From the NCBI GenBank assembly GCA_038886535.1, contig JAVZXS010000006.1:1-40828 (forward strand): a stretch of DNA of 40,828 nucleotides. Reading direction: 5' to 3'. Source of the DNA: Candidatus Micrarchaeia archaeon (lineage in GTDB: Archaea; Micrarchaeota; Micrarchaeia; CABMEP01). How positions within the stretch are numbered: the stretch's first letter is position 1; each line of letters begins with the position of its first letter. Below, one piece after another: positions 17,390 through 26,600 of the stretch. The notes below the pieces were generated by a model. It was not told the origin of the DNA, did no database searches, and saw only the letters and a program-made list of their open reading frames with translations. The position numbers and the translations under genes are program-made.

Positions 17390-17720
17390 TGCTTTTATGG
17401 CAATTTTAAAAGAATTGCAATCAAGAGAGGGAGAAGTTTTAGACAAAAGGGCAGAACTATATTCAACTGATTACAACAGAACCCACAACTTTGAAGCAAT
17501 CGGAAATAGGGTCAATATGAAACCACCAGTCGTTGCACTAATTCTCGCTTATAAACACTTGGTAGCATTAGAAGATTGGCTATTAAATTACAATCGTCAA
17601 AAATATGACACAGTTGATGCATCGGATTTTAAGCAAGTTGAGGAATGGATTATAGACATTAGGAACTATCTTGCTTTTATTTATGCGATGCTTTATGAAA
17701 ATATTGAATACGATAACTAA
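17376..17720 (+). CDS. Hypothetical protein (possibly DUF1599/nucleotide-pyrophosphatase-like)
   Basis: KRAELYS..RTHNFE...K...DIRNY helical pattern. Confidence 0.45.
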   Translation: MISHNAFMAILKELQSREGEVLDKRAELYSTDYNRTHNFEAIGNRVNMKPPVVALILAYKHLVALEDWLLNYNRQKYDTVDASDFKQVEEWIIDIRNYLAFIYAMLYENIEYDN

Positions 17721-17735
17721 AAAAAGGAGGGAAGT

Positions 17736-18569
17736 ATGAAACCTTTATCAGACAATTGGGAATTTTTTAGGGCATTTACTGATAGCTACATTAGTGTTCA
17801 AAAGGTTAGAGTAGCATCAGAGAACAGAGTGAGAAGTATCATTCAGGGTAAAGATGAGAATGAAAAACATAGAAAGAGGATGTTTGAAAGTTTAGCTTTA
17901 CTGAAAAAGAACGAAAAGGAATTTGTCAAGATGGCAAAACAGGTTTTAATTGAGGAACCTGTTTATAACGAATTCTTAGCTCATATTCGGGGGATAGGAG
18001 AAACACTTGCAATGAAGATATTGAGTTTTCCTCTGGATTTAGAGAAAAATGTATCTTCATGGTGGGCAATGGCAGGGCTGGTTCCTGTGGTGTGGAAATG
18101 TGAATGTGAAAAGGGGCATAAGATACTTTTGCACAAAGATCCTGAAAAGCATTTAGAGCTGAGATGTTACGCAAACATAAATTCAGAGAAATGTGATGCT
18201 CCAATTGTCAAAAGTGAAATGGCACCATCTAAATTGCACGCAGGATACAGAGCATTTTGGAATGGGAAGCTAAAGCAGTTAGGGTATATTATTACTGATG
18301 AGTTTATCAAATTAGGGATTTATTACAGGAAAGCATGGGAAAAGTTCAGAGATGAAGGCTTGCAAAGAGGCATGAAGCCTATACATGCAAATAGACACGC
18401 AAGAAGACTAACATATAAACTATTCCTAAGCCATTTACACGAGTGTGGTTGTGAATTGAAGGGAATACCATATCGTAAGCCTTACGCTTTTGAATTCTTA
18501 AACCACAAATGGTTTATAGGTTATAAAGATGTAGTATCCATAGAGAAGACGATGAAAGAAAAAAACTAA
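17736..18569 (+). CDS. tasA: Nop-domain/IS110-related RNA-binding protein; TIGR-associated, nuclease-less (TasA-like)
   Basis: N-terminal coiled coil (QKVRVASENR); IRGIGETLA..IL, SSWWAMAGLVP, WNGKLK, HANRHARRLTYKLFLSHL, PY...LNH. No RuvC/DEDD domain. Immediately upstream of a dual-repeat array. Confidence 0.8.
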   Translation: MKPLSDNWEFFRAFTDSYISVQKVRVASENRVRSIIQGKDENEKHRKRMFESLALLKKNEKEFVKMAKQVLIEEPVYNEFLAHIRGIGETLAMKILSFPLDLEKNVSSWWAMAGLVPVVWKCECEKGHKILLHKDPEKHLELRCYANINSEKCDAPIVKSEMAPSKLHAGYRAFWNGKLKQLGYIITDEFIKLGIYYRKAWEKFRDEGLQRGMKPIHANRHARRLTYKLFLSHLHECGCELKGIPYRKPYAFEFLNHKWFIGYKDVVSIEKTMKEKN

Positions 18570-18583
18570 AAATCTAAAATCAA

Positions 18584-19409
18584 AGTAACATTAATAGAAG
18601 TGAACCATGCTAAAACGAACCAACTTTCGTAGCTACATGTAAATAAGTGAACCAGTTTGTATGAGCTACTTTAAGGAAAGTGAGCCATCATGAAATAGAA
18701 ACAAAACAGGGCAGTGAACCAGATGTTAAATGATGCCAACTAATAAAGTAACATGTTGAATTAGCGAGCCAAACACAAAAAGCAACAGAAAGCTTTAGTG
18801 AACGAACCATGGGAAAGGAGCAAAAAAATTGACGAGTGAGTTGTGAAAAATAAGCAACATCAATAGAAACGAGCAAAGGAGTAAAAGCAACACCATTCTT
18901 TAGCGAGCCATAAAATTAAGCAACACTGCTAAATAGCGAGCCATAGCACCGTAGCAACAAAGACTTAGAGTGAGCCAGACGGAAAAAGCAACAGAGTGCT
19001 TGAGCGAGCCATTTATCATAAGAGGCAGAAGTTTTCAGCGAGCTACTTTATAAAGCAACATATACTAATAGCGAGCCGTTCTTATTCAGTAACAAAGTAG
19101 AAAAGCGAACCACCTTTAGATAGCAACAAGAAAGTGAAGTGAGCCAGACTATAAAAGTAACAGGAAAAGATAGCAAGCCAAATTTGACAAGCAACATAAC
19201 AGTTTAGCGAGCCATACACATGAAGCAACATTTTGTATTAGCGAGCTATACTTCCTGAGCAACATGTTGCGTCAGCGAGCTTGGTCAAAGAAGCAACACG
19301 GCAAAGTAGCGAGCCATTTGTTAGAAGCAACACATCGGAGCAGCGAGCCAAAGGAAAATAGCAACAAACGGAAGGAGCGAGCCATTATAATTAAGCAACA
19401 AAGTCTGAA
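18584..19409 (+). repeat. TIGR-like tandem interspaced guide RNA array (~24 units, 34-nt period)
   Basis: Alternating repeats AGCAACA (7 nt) and AGCGAGCCA (9 nt) separated by unique 9-nt (sometimes 8-nt) spacers. Short repeat at 18886, 18919, 18953, 18987, 19021, 19054, 19088, 19122, 19156, 19190, 19224, 19258, 19292, 19326, 19360, 19394. Confidence 0.9.
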
Positions 19410-19417
19410 GCATAATA

Positions 19418-19446
19418 TTTACAAATTTACAAAATTAATTTACAAT
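19418..19446 (+). promoter_or_regulatory. Putative sigma70-type promoter
   Basis: TTTACA (19418-23), 17 bp, TACAAT (19441-46). Confidence 0.5.
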
Positions 19447-19455
19447 AGAAAGGGG

Positions 19456-20868
19456 GTGATTTTTATAGCCAAGCTGTTTGAGGGACTTGTGTGTGAGCGA
19501 GTTACAAAAGTATTTGATCCATTTGGCTATGGTGTTAATTATGTAACTGATTTAGCTTCAAAGCAATCTTCCTATTTAATTCTTTGTTCTACAAGAAGAT
19601 ACTCTTATGAATTCAGGGATAAGTTTAATGAATACAACATAGAAGGCAATTACAGAAGGCTTTCAAGCTATTTAGAGGATATTTATCATGAATGCACTTC
19701 TATACAAGACATAATTAACTTTTTCTATGACCATACCTTCTATCATAACAGCACATATCTAAATAAGAGAAACATTATTTATCAGTGTTATCTAAATTAT
19801 TGTGCAGAAAGGGAAAAAATCAAATTCCCTTATCCAATTCACGAAAGCTATGAAAAATTTAAAAAGATATTTCAAGAGAGAAAAATCATAGACGATACAG
19901 AGCTATATCTGAAATGTCTTAATGACAACATTGAAAAGAAAAAAATTGATACTTTGATTTACATCAACGCAGAGGATTTAACTGAAACGATAATTAATGT
20001 TATAAACAAGCTATTTGATTACAAGAACCTTATCATAGTAGGAGACAGTAATAGACCAAATAGATATTTTTTTAAGCCTGTAGTAAGTATGAAAAATAGC
20101 AATGTTAATTTATCTTCAGTGAAAGTAGTTCCTAAAATATTTGCAAATAAGATTAAAAAAGTAGCAACTGATTTTGTATATGACATTATAACTAATGATA
20201 ACACAGCAATATTGAAAGTAAAAAAATATGCTGAATTTAAAGAAACAGTAGAACATGTAACAAATCAAACAGATAAATCTGCAAAGCTAATACTACCAAG
20301 CTATGACTATCAACCACAAATAGAAAAGTTATTATTTGGCTTAAATATACCCTTTAAAACACTAAGTGATAATTATAAATTTCCTACCCAGCTTTATACT
20401 TTTTATAACGCAGTGAAAAAATTAGTTACAAACAAGGGTTATGTTACTAAAAAAGAGATTTATACTATTATAGATTTAGTCAATCCTGCTATTTCAGATA
20501 GATTTGGTGGCAAACTAAAACTAAAGAAAATGTTTTACGATTATATTTACCCATCCTCTTTGTTAAAAAAAATGAACTTCTTTCAAACATTGCAAAAGCT
20601 ATATGTTAACGAAAATTTACATTATGCTTTAACAAATAAACTATCCTATGAGTTCGTCAAATGGAAAGGTAAATTGAATGAGAAATACCTAAATGCTAAT
20701 ATGTTTGTTGCACCATTGCTTTATGCAAAAACTATTCCAACTGATATTACTGTCATGATTGTTGATAAACAACCACAACATTATTACAAAAAAATGCTCT
20801 ACTGCTGTTTAACTTCTACTTCAGAAGCTATTTATGTCATAAAATTGCCTGCAAATTGGAAAGATTAA
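19456..20868 (+). CDS. Catalytically degenerate UvrD/Rep-like SF1 helicase
   Basis: Collinear decayed motifs: DPFGYGVN (I), LILCSTRR (Ia), LIYINAEDL (II), IIVGDSNR (III), PLLYAKTIP (V), LYCCLTSTSEAIYVI (VI). The ORF-track start 19264 lies inside the array; GTG 19456 or ATA 19465 is more plausible. Confidence 0.65.
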   Translation: MIFIAKLFEGLVCERVTKVFDPFGYGVNYVTDLASKQSSYLILCSTRRYSYEFRDKFNEYNIEGNYRRLSSYLEDIYHECTSIQDIINFFYDHTFYHNSTYLNKRNIIYQCYLNYCAEREKIKFPYPIHESYEKFKKIFQERKIIDDTELYLKCLNDNIEKKKIDTLIYINAEDLTETIINVINKLFDYKNLIIVGDSNRPNRYFFKPVVSMKNSNVNLSSVKVVPKIFANKIKKVATDFVYDIITNDNTAILKVKKYAEFKETVEHVTNQTDKSAKLILPSYDYQPQIEKLLFGLNIPFKTLSDNYKFPTQLYTFYNAVKKLVTNKGYVTKKEIYTIIDLVNPAISDRFGGKLKLKKMFYDYIYPSSLLKKMNFFQTLQKLYVNENLHYALTNKLSYEFVKWKGKLNEKYLNANMFVAPLLYAKTIPTDITVMIVDKQPQHYYKKMLYCCLTSTSEAIYVIKLPANWKD

Positions 20869-20951
20869 CCTCTAAATCAATTATGGGAGCATTTTTAAAA
20901 AAACAAATATAAAACCATTAGTCTTGAGTGAAAAACGCCTCTAAATCAATT
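20869..20951. repeat. CCTCTAAATCAATT direct repeat x2 bounding the convergent intergenic region
   Basis: Copies at 20869-20882 and 20938-20951. Confidence 0.7.
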
Positions 20952-22760
20952 CTACGCATTTGGTTTTGCAATGAAGGGGGCTAAATCTTTGTATAAGCCG
21001 AGAGCGATTAATTTATTAGTGCTTTCTTGGTCAACTTCGTTAGCAAACCTTAGGCTATCCTCGTAAGAAGGAAGCCTGTGGTAGATATATTTTCTCCAAA
21101 ACTCAACTGCTAATGCGGCGGCAAGTATTCTGTCATCGTGTTTACCTTCTTCAGCTTGTAATTCTCCTTTATCTGTTTGAACAAAAAACTGCATTTCTTC
21201 AAGTAATGCTTTACTTTTTATTTCTAACATATTGAGATGATATACACTTTTGAACTGATTTAGCAATGGTGGTTTAGTATGACCTGTAGTATTCCAGAAT
21301 TTAATATAATTCTTTTTCAAGGTTTGCTGTTTAGTGTAAAGGTATTCTCTGATATAAGGAATATTGGCTTTTATCACATCAAGGTTAATATCTTTAACAT
21401 CGGAACGAACGACAATATTGCCTATGTCTGACAATTTACCCTTGACATCGTTCATCTCTTTTATGATTACCTGACCTACTCCATTAATTTCAAGATTAAG
21501 ATAAGAGTTTTTGTAGAAAGCACATAGAAATAAGCAAATTTTAGCAAATTCAATAACTCCGATATTGTTAGCTCTGAATTCTGCAACTTGAACAAGTTTG
21601 TCTTTGTAGCCTTTCCATATTGATATAACTGCCATATCGCTATCCTTAGAAGAACCATATGAAGGATCTGCACCTATAAAATAGGTCTCGTGCAATTTAG
21701 GAAACTCGTAAATGTGCAAATTAGCTTCTCTTTGATTAGCAGTATCTATATATACTCCCTGAGTATCTGCATTAATATAAAAATAGTAAGGCTTTATTGT
21801 GGCAACTTTTTTCATGTCTTCCATGAGCTTGTAAGCATCAAAGAACTTGTATCCTGATAGTCTAAATGCCTCTTCATCATAAAATGGTAGTTCCTGAAGG
21901 CAATAGTTTTCATCTCCATTGAAAGTAGTATCAAGCTCTTTTCTCCACCAAGCTAATTGTTCAATGCTAATTTCATAGCCATACATTTTTTTGACAAGTT
22001 CTATTTTTCTTTGTTCCTCTCTTGACATAGGATAGCCATACACTTTAAACAATGGGTCATCTTTTTTAATCACATAATCATCTCTACCCCACCAGCCAAC
22101 AAAGATAGCTTTAGATGTAGGATTGTTTTTAGCTTCCATGTATCTATCATAAAAAGAGTTAAAACCATTTGCAGTGCTTTCAAGGATAGTATATCTATGA
22201 GGATGCGTTTTAGCAGAGGATACCATTAAGGACTTTAGAACCTTTTCTTCAGGGTCGTTAGCAGAATAGAAAGCAACTTCAGTAGCATGTATGCAAGTTA
22301 ATGCTTGAGAACGAGCAACTGATTGTTTAGTGCTTTCTCTTGAGCTAACATGGAAAAATAAAAATTCTGAATTATTGGAAAACTGCATTAAGGTTCTATT
22401 GTCTATAATTACAGGCAACTTGTGAGTTCGTGGTAAATGCAAATACATAGTTCTAACTATCTCTCTTAACTTAGGTCGTGCTTCATAGTCTTGGGTTAAA
22501 AAGCCAAGTTTAATGCCACTGAAAGTTTGCACCCAGAACAAATCCAGTGCTAATAACAAAGTAGTGCAACCTTGTTGTCTTCCTTTAAGAATTACAAAAT
22601 TTCTTATCGGGGATTTGTTTTCTATTTCTCTTAATATTTCGTTAGCTATATACTTCTGAGCATAATACCATCTGTTAGGGGTAAAAAGCATTTTACCTTT
22701 TTCTTTAGAGAAAATTACAAGATGGTTAGCCCAATTGATAAATCTTTTTACCATAATCAA
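20952..22760 (-). CDS. terL: Terminase large subunit
   Basis: ILKGRQQGCTT, IHATEVAF, ILESTANG, FIGADPSYG..D and GKHDDRILA motifs. The true start may be ATG 22754. Confidence 0.92.
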   Translation of the reverse strand: MIMVKRFINWANHLVIFSKEKGKMLFTPNRWYYAQKYIANEILREIENKSPIRNFVILKGRQQGCTTLLLALDLFWVQTFSGIKLGFLTQDYEARPKLREIVRTMYLHLPRTHKLPVIIDNRTLMQFSNNSEFLFFHVSSRESTKQSVARSQALTCIHATEVAFYSANDPEEKVLKSLMVSSAKTHPHRYTILESTANGFNSFYDRYMEAKNNPTSKAIFVGWWGRDDYVIKKDDPLFKVYGYPMSREEQRKIELVKKMYGYEISIEQLAWWRKELDTTFNGDENYCLQELPFYDEEAFRLSGYKFFDAYKLMEDMKKVATIKPYYFYINADTQGVYIDTANQREANLHIYEFPKLHETYFIGADPSYGSSKDSDMAVISIWKGYKDKLVQVAEFRANNIGVIEFAKICLFLCAFYKNSYLNLEINGVGQVIIKEMNDVKGKLSDIGNIVVRSDVKDINLDVIKANIPYIREYLYTKQQTLKKNYIKFWNTTGHTKPPLLNQFKSVYHLNMLEIKSKALLEEMQFFVQTDKGELQAEEGKHDDRILAAALAVEFWRKYIYHRLPSYEDSLRFANEVDQESTNKLIALGLYKDLAPFIAKPNA

Positions 22761-22769
22761 GTTTTACCA

Positions 22770-23195
22770 TTATAAGAATTTTATCAGTTTTTTTCTAACA
22801 TATTCTTTGCTAAGAGTATTTTTGCATTGCTTTACTGTCTCATTTACTATTATTTTAACTTTCTGTAAATCATTAGCACAATTTACTAAAGCCCATATTA
22901 GATTAAGAGTTGCCTGATTAATATGCATAGAATTGAGATAATGTATCAAATGCTCATGTTTAAAGAGAGTAATATCATACACTTTTTGAACTCTTAACTT
23001 GTTTTGTAAAAACTCCATTATCCTAACTGCCATTCCTGCATCAAAAAGTAACAAGACATTAAGGAAAAATATCTTGTAGGCATGCTCCTTTAAAAAATGT
23101 AGTTTAAGATATTCAAAATTAGCCCATGCCTTTTCTGCCTCTACATCTCCAAACCCTCTTTGCTGTGCAGTAAAATATACATAGTCTGGTATCAT
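22770..23195 (-). CDS. Hypothetical protein
   Basis: Operon-coupled ORF upstream of terL. Confidence 0.6.
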   Translation of the reverse strand: MIPDYVYFTAQQRGFGDVEAEKAWANFEYLKLHFLKEHAYKIFFLNVLLLFDAGMAVRIMEFLQNKLRVQKVYDITLFKHEHLIHYLNSMHINQATLNLIWALVNCANDLQKVKIIVNETVKQCKNTLSKEYVRKKLIKFL

Positions 23196-23389
23196 CGCTT
23201 TTTGAGTAAGACCCTACCAAGTATTGATATACCAAAAAATACTAACATGAATGGTAAAGCCTTTTCTGAGTAGAACAGTGTAACAAGGAATAGAATAGAG
23301 TTCAGTATGAGAATAAGCATAATCTCAAGAATACCACTTGCTACTAAATACCCAATGATACTTTCTTCTCTTTGTTTAATTTTCATCAA
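23192..23389 (-). CDS. Small two-TM membrane protein
   Basis: Two hydrophobic segments; GGAGG SD. Confidence 0.6.
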   Translation of the reverse strand: MMKIKQREESIIGYLVASGILEIMLILILNSILFLVTLFYSEKALPFMLVFFGISILGRVLLKKR

Positions 23390-23663
23390 AAATACCTCCC
23401 AAAGTGTTTTCTAATTTCTCTACATTTTCTAAATCCTCATCAAGACTTAATGCAGAACCAAAACTACTGTCTGCAATCTTAGCATTAATCTTTGCAACTT
23501 CTTTCACTTCCTTAATGACTAACAAAGGAGCTTTAATACTTTCAATGTCTACTATTTTACCCTTATTCCTTGCCTGAATAATATCATCAAGTAAATTTAA
23601 AGCAAGAGTGTTTAATTTGTCCACCATGATTGTTAAAGTATCTTTGTCATTCTTTTTCCTCAA
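23376..23663 (-). CDS. Hypothetical helical protein (terminase small subunit candidate)
   Basis: Size and position upstream of terL only. Confidence 0.45.
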   Translation of the reverse strand: MRKKNDKDTLTIMVDKLNTLALNLLDDIIQARNKGKIVDIESIKAPLLVIKEVKEVAKINAKIADSSFGSALSLDEDLENVEKLENTLGGIFDEN

Positions 23664-26600
23664 GGTATTCCTCCACTCTTTTTTGTTTAAGCATATACTC
23701 TGTTAAATGATACTTTAGTGATTGTGGTGATACATAATAGCCACTCTCAAATGCTTTTCTCATGTAAGCCATTGCAGTATCGTTATCACCCTTCACTAAC
23801 GATTTTGCTATTGCTTTAGAATACTCATTAACTTGTGTCTTATAGTTATCTACACTCTTTTTAATTGCTGTTATATCTTCATAATACATGTTTAAAGTTG
23901 GTGTTGTAAAGCCTAAAGCATAAAGCCACTTTTCGTGTTCGGGTATTTCATTGGGAAGATTAAAGTATACTTCAATTATTTTTTTCTTTAATGGATTTGG
24001 CATTCTTTGAATATCCATCAATGTTATATGAGGCTTGCCAAATATATCAGTAGGCAATCCTTCTGTAAAGAGTGTATATGCCCCTATTGCCCTTTTAACC
24101 ATTGTGGGAGATACTCTCTTAATTAATTCTGAAGTATCTATGTCTTCTCTACCCCATAGTGATTTAGCTCTTACCATTTCAGTAATTATAGGGAACATTG
24201 CCGCATCAAATAGCTCAGGAGCGCCAAAAGTTATAGAACCATCAAGTCCTATTTCAGCGAGTAAACCTTTACGAACAAATAAAGGAATTTCCTTTTTAGC
24301 CTCATTAACCTTTAATCTAAATTGAGGGTCTTTTTTGCTTACTATTCCTATAATTATCTCAATTAGACTATCTAACAGTGGTATACCTTCCAACCCAGAA
24401 AGTGCAATTGCCAATGCCAATGACGAATAGAATGCTTTTTTATTAGGATAAATATGAGAAAGAAAGTTTATATAGTTTAAGATATAGCTCTTAAATATAA
24501 AGAATGGTGCTAATAATCCTCTACCTATATTTGGTCTATTAGCTTGCGAATACAGAAATTGAGTATTAAAGATAAAATCACTTGTAAACTCATATAAAGC
24601 CTCTCCAGTTATACCCTTGTTTTTGCCTATCAGGTATGCAGTAATTGCCGCATTCAATCTATTAGAGCGTTCTGACAAATTACCAAATATTGATAAAGCC
24701 TTTAAGGCTTTGTCTCTAAAGCCTATATCTTTGTGCATTATTGCTTCTAATTCACCTTCTTTAATCATTCTAATCAGAATGTTTTTCAGTTCAGGTTCTA
24801 TGTATTTTGCTTCTGTAACTGTATCTAAGAACCTTTTACCTCTTATAAAATCTGCTACCGCATCTTTGTATATCCTAAACTCAAGTGGAGTGGCTTTAGC
24901 AAAGGCTTCTAATCCTTTTTCACCATCAAGATAATAAGCATACCATATGGTTGTCATAAATCTTTGTGATAAGTTGACAAACATAAACGCAGGCTTTAAT
25001 CCGAGATAATACAGATACATTAATGCTCTTACTCTAACATTGAAGGCATTTTCAAAGTCTTTTCTACCATAATAGTAGTCCACTAAGTCTCTTGCGTATA
25101 TATACAACTCTCCGTTTGTTTTAGCAATCTTTTCAAGTTCTTTTACGACATCAACATAGTAAAACTTTTTGGCTAATGCAAGGGGAACTGTATCTATATA
25201 AGACTTGACTATTTTTTCAACATCAATATCATACCCTGATACTCCCGCTCTTTTTGATAATCTACCTTTAGCGAGTATCTTTAAATATTCTTTATCTACT
25301 ATTTGTGTAAACTTCTTTATTTCTTCATTACTAACTCCTTTAGCTTCAAGATAAGCATCAAGCATAGGCAAATATCTATGTATAGTAGCAACAACAGAAG
25401 GATCTTTAACTGAAAAACCTATTAGATGACCTTCATTAACTCCTTCTCCCATTATTCTGTTAGCTTTACCTCTTTTAGTATCAATTATGAATACATTATA
25501 TCCCGAAAAGTCTATATTATTTTCTCTTGCATATTCAATTGCTTCGTTAGGTAACCCATTTTTCGTTATTTCTTCAGCAAACTTTTTAGCTTCAAGCATG
25601 GTATCAAAGGCTTCATAGTGTATCGTTACCTTGCCTTTCTTTTCATCAGGAACTCCTACCCATACTCCAAATCTACCAAGCCTGAAATGAGGAAGGTAGC
25701 CATTGATATAATGAGCCTCTATAAATTCATCTGCCTCTTGTTCAGTCCATCCAGCATCAAGCATAAACCTCTTAAGCCCTATCTTCTGAATATAGTCAAG
25801 AGCCTTCCTAACCCCATAGTAAGCCTTTATCTCTTCTTCTGTTAACCCTATTGCTTCAAGCTCATATCTCTTGTATGTTTTCTGTTGAGCATCTCCTTGT
25901 AATAGCAATCTATTAACTCTTGTTTTATCTTTAAGTTCTATATAAGGTCTTAAATACTCTTTAGCTTCATTGCTAATAACATTAGCCCTTGCATTGATTT
26001 TGTAAAGAGTTTTAGTTAAAGGCTTAATAACTTCATTCCACCAAGGCACTCTTAACATGCTTTTAGCTATACCTGTTATGTCTGATATTGCAGTGCCAAG
26101 TTTATCATAAAGCCTTTCATAAATTGGTGGAGCTTTCTTATTTAAACTTTCAAGAAATTTTCTATTAATGTCAAAATCTATATCCTCTATTGATAAGTCT
26201 TCTTCTGTTAAAGCCATATTTTGTATTTGCTCATACTTTTCAATTTGCTTAAGTTTTTTCTCTACTAATTCTTTAATTTTTGCTTGTTTTTCTAATGGAA
26301 ATTCATTTAATAGTTCCTCTATATAAATGAAATCTTGCGGTAAACTACCTGTTTGTATAGCTTCATTGTATTTCTCAACAATAGAATTTATTTGTTCTTG
26401 TTGAAGCATTTTTGCTTGCAATTTTGGAATATACACAAAATCAGCATTTTTTGTAACAATTTTATATAATAACTCAGTAACATTGGGTGCTATTAATGTG
26501 CTACCATCACTGACATGAAGACCTACTACTTCTACTAAGCTATCTAAAACTGCTGTTGAATTTTTATTCACAATTAAGTTTACTGTTTTAGATAAAGCAG

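Noticed and set aside
17736..18569. IS110 transposase / insertion sequence
   Set aside because: Lacks the N-terminal DEDD RuvC-like domain and the catalytic SG loop; sits in a phage operon next to a multi-unit array.
18688..18876. 62-aa - strand ORF
   Set aside because: Lies antisense within the array with no SD; likely spurious.
18584..19409. CRISPR array
   Set aside because: Two alternating 7- and 9-nt repeats with 9-nt spacers do not fit CRISPR geometry, and there is no cas1/cas2 or Cas effector.
19264..19455. N-terminal 64 aa of the 534-aa ORF
   Set aside because: Read-through of array units; a promoter-like element and SD lie downstream at 19418-19458.
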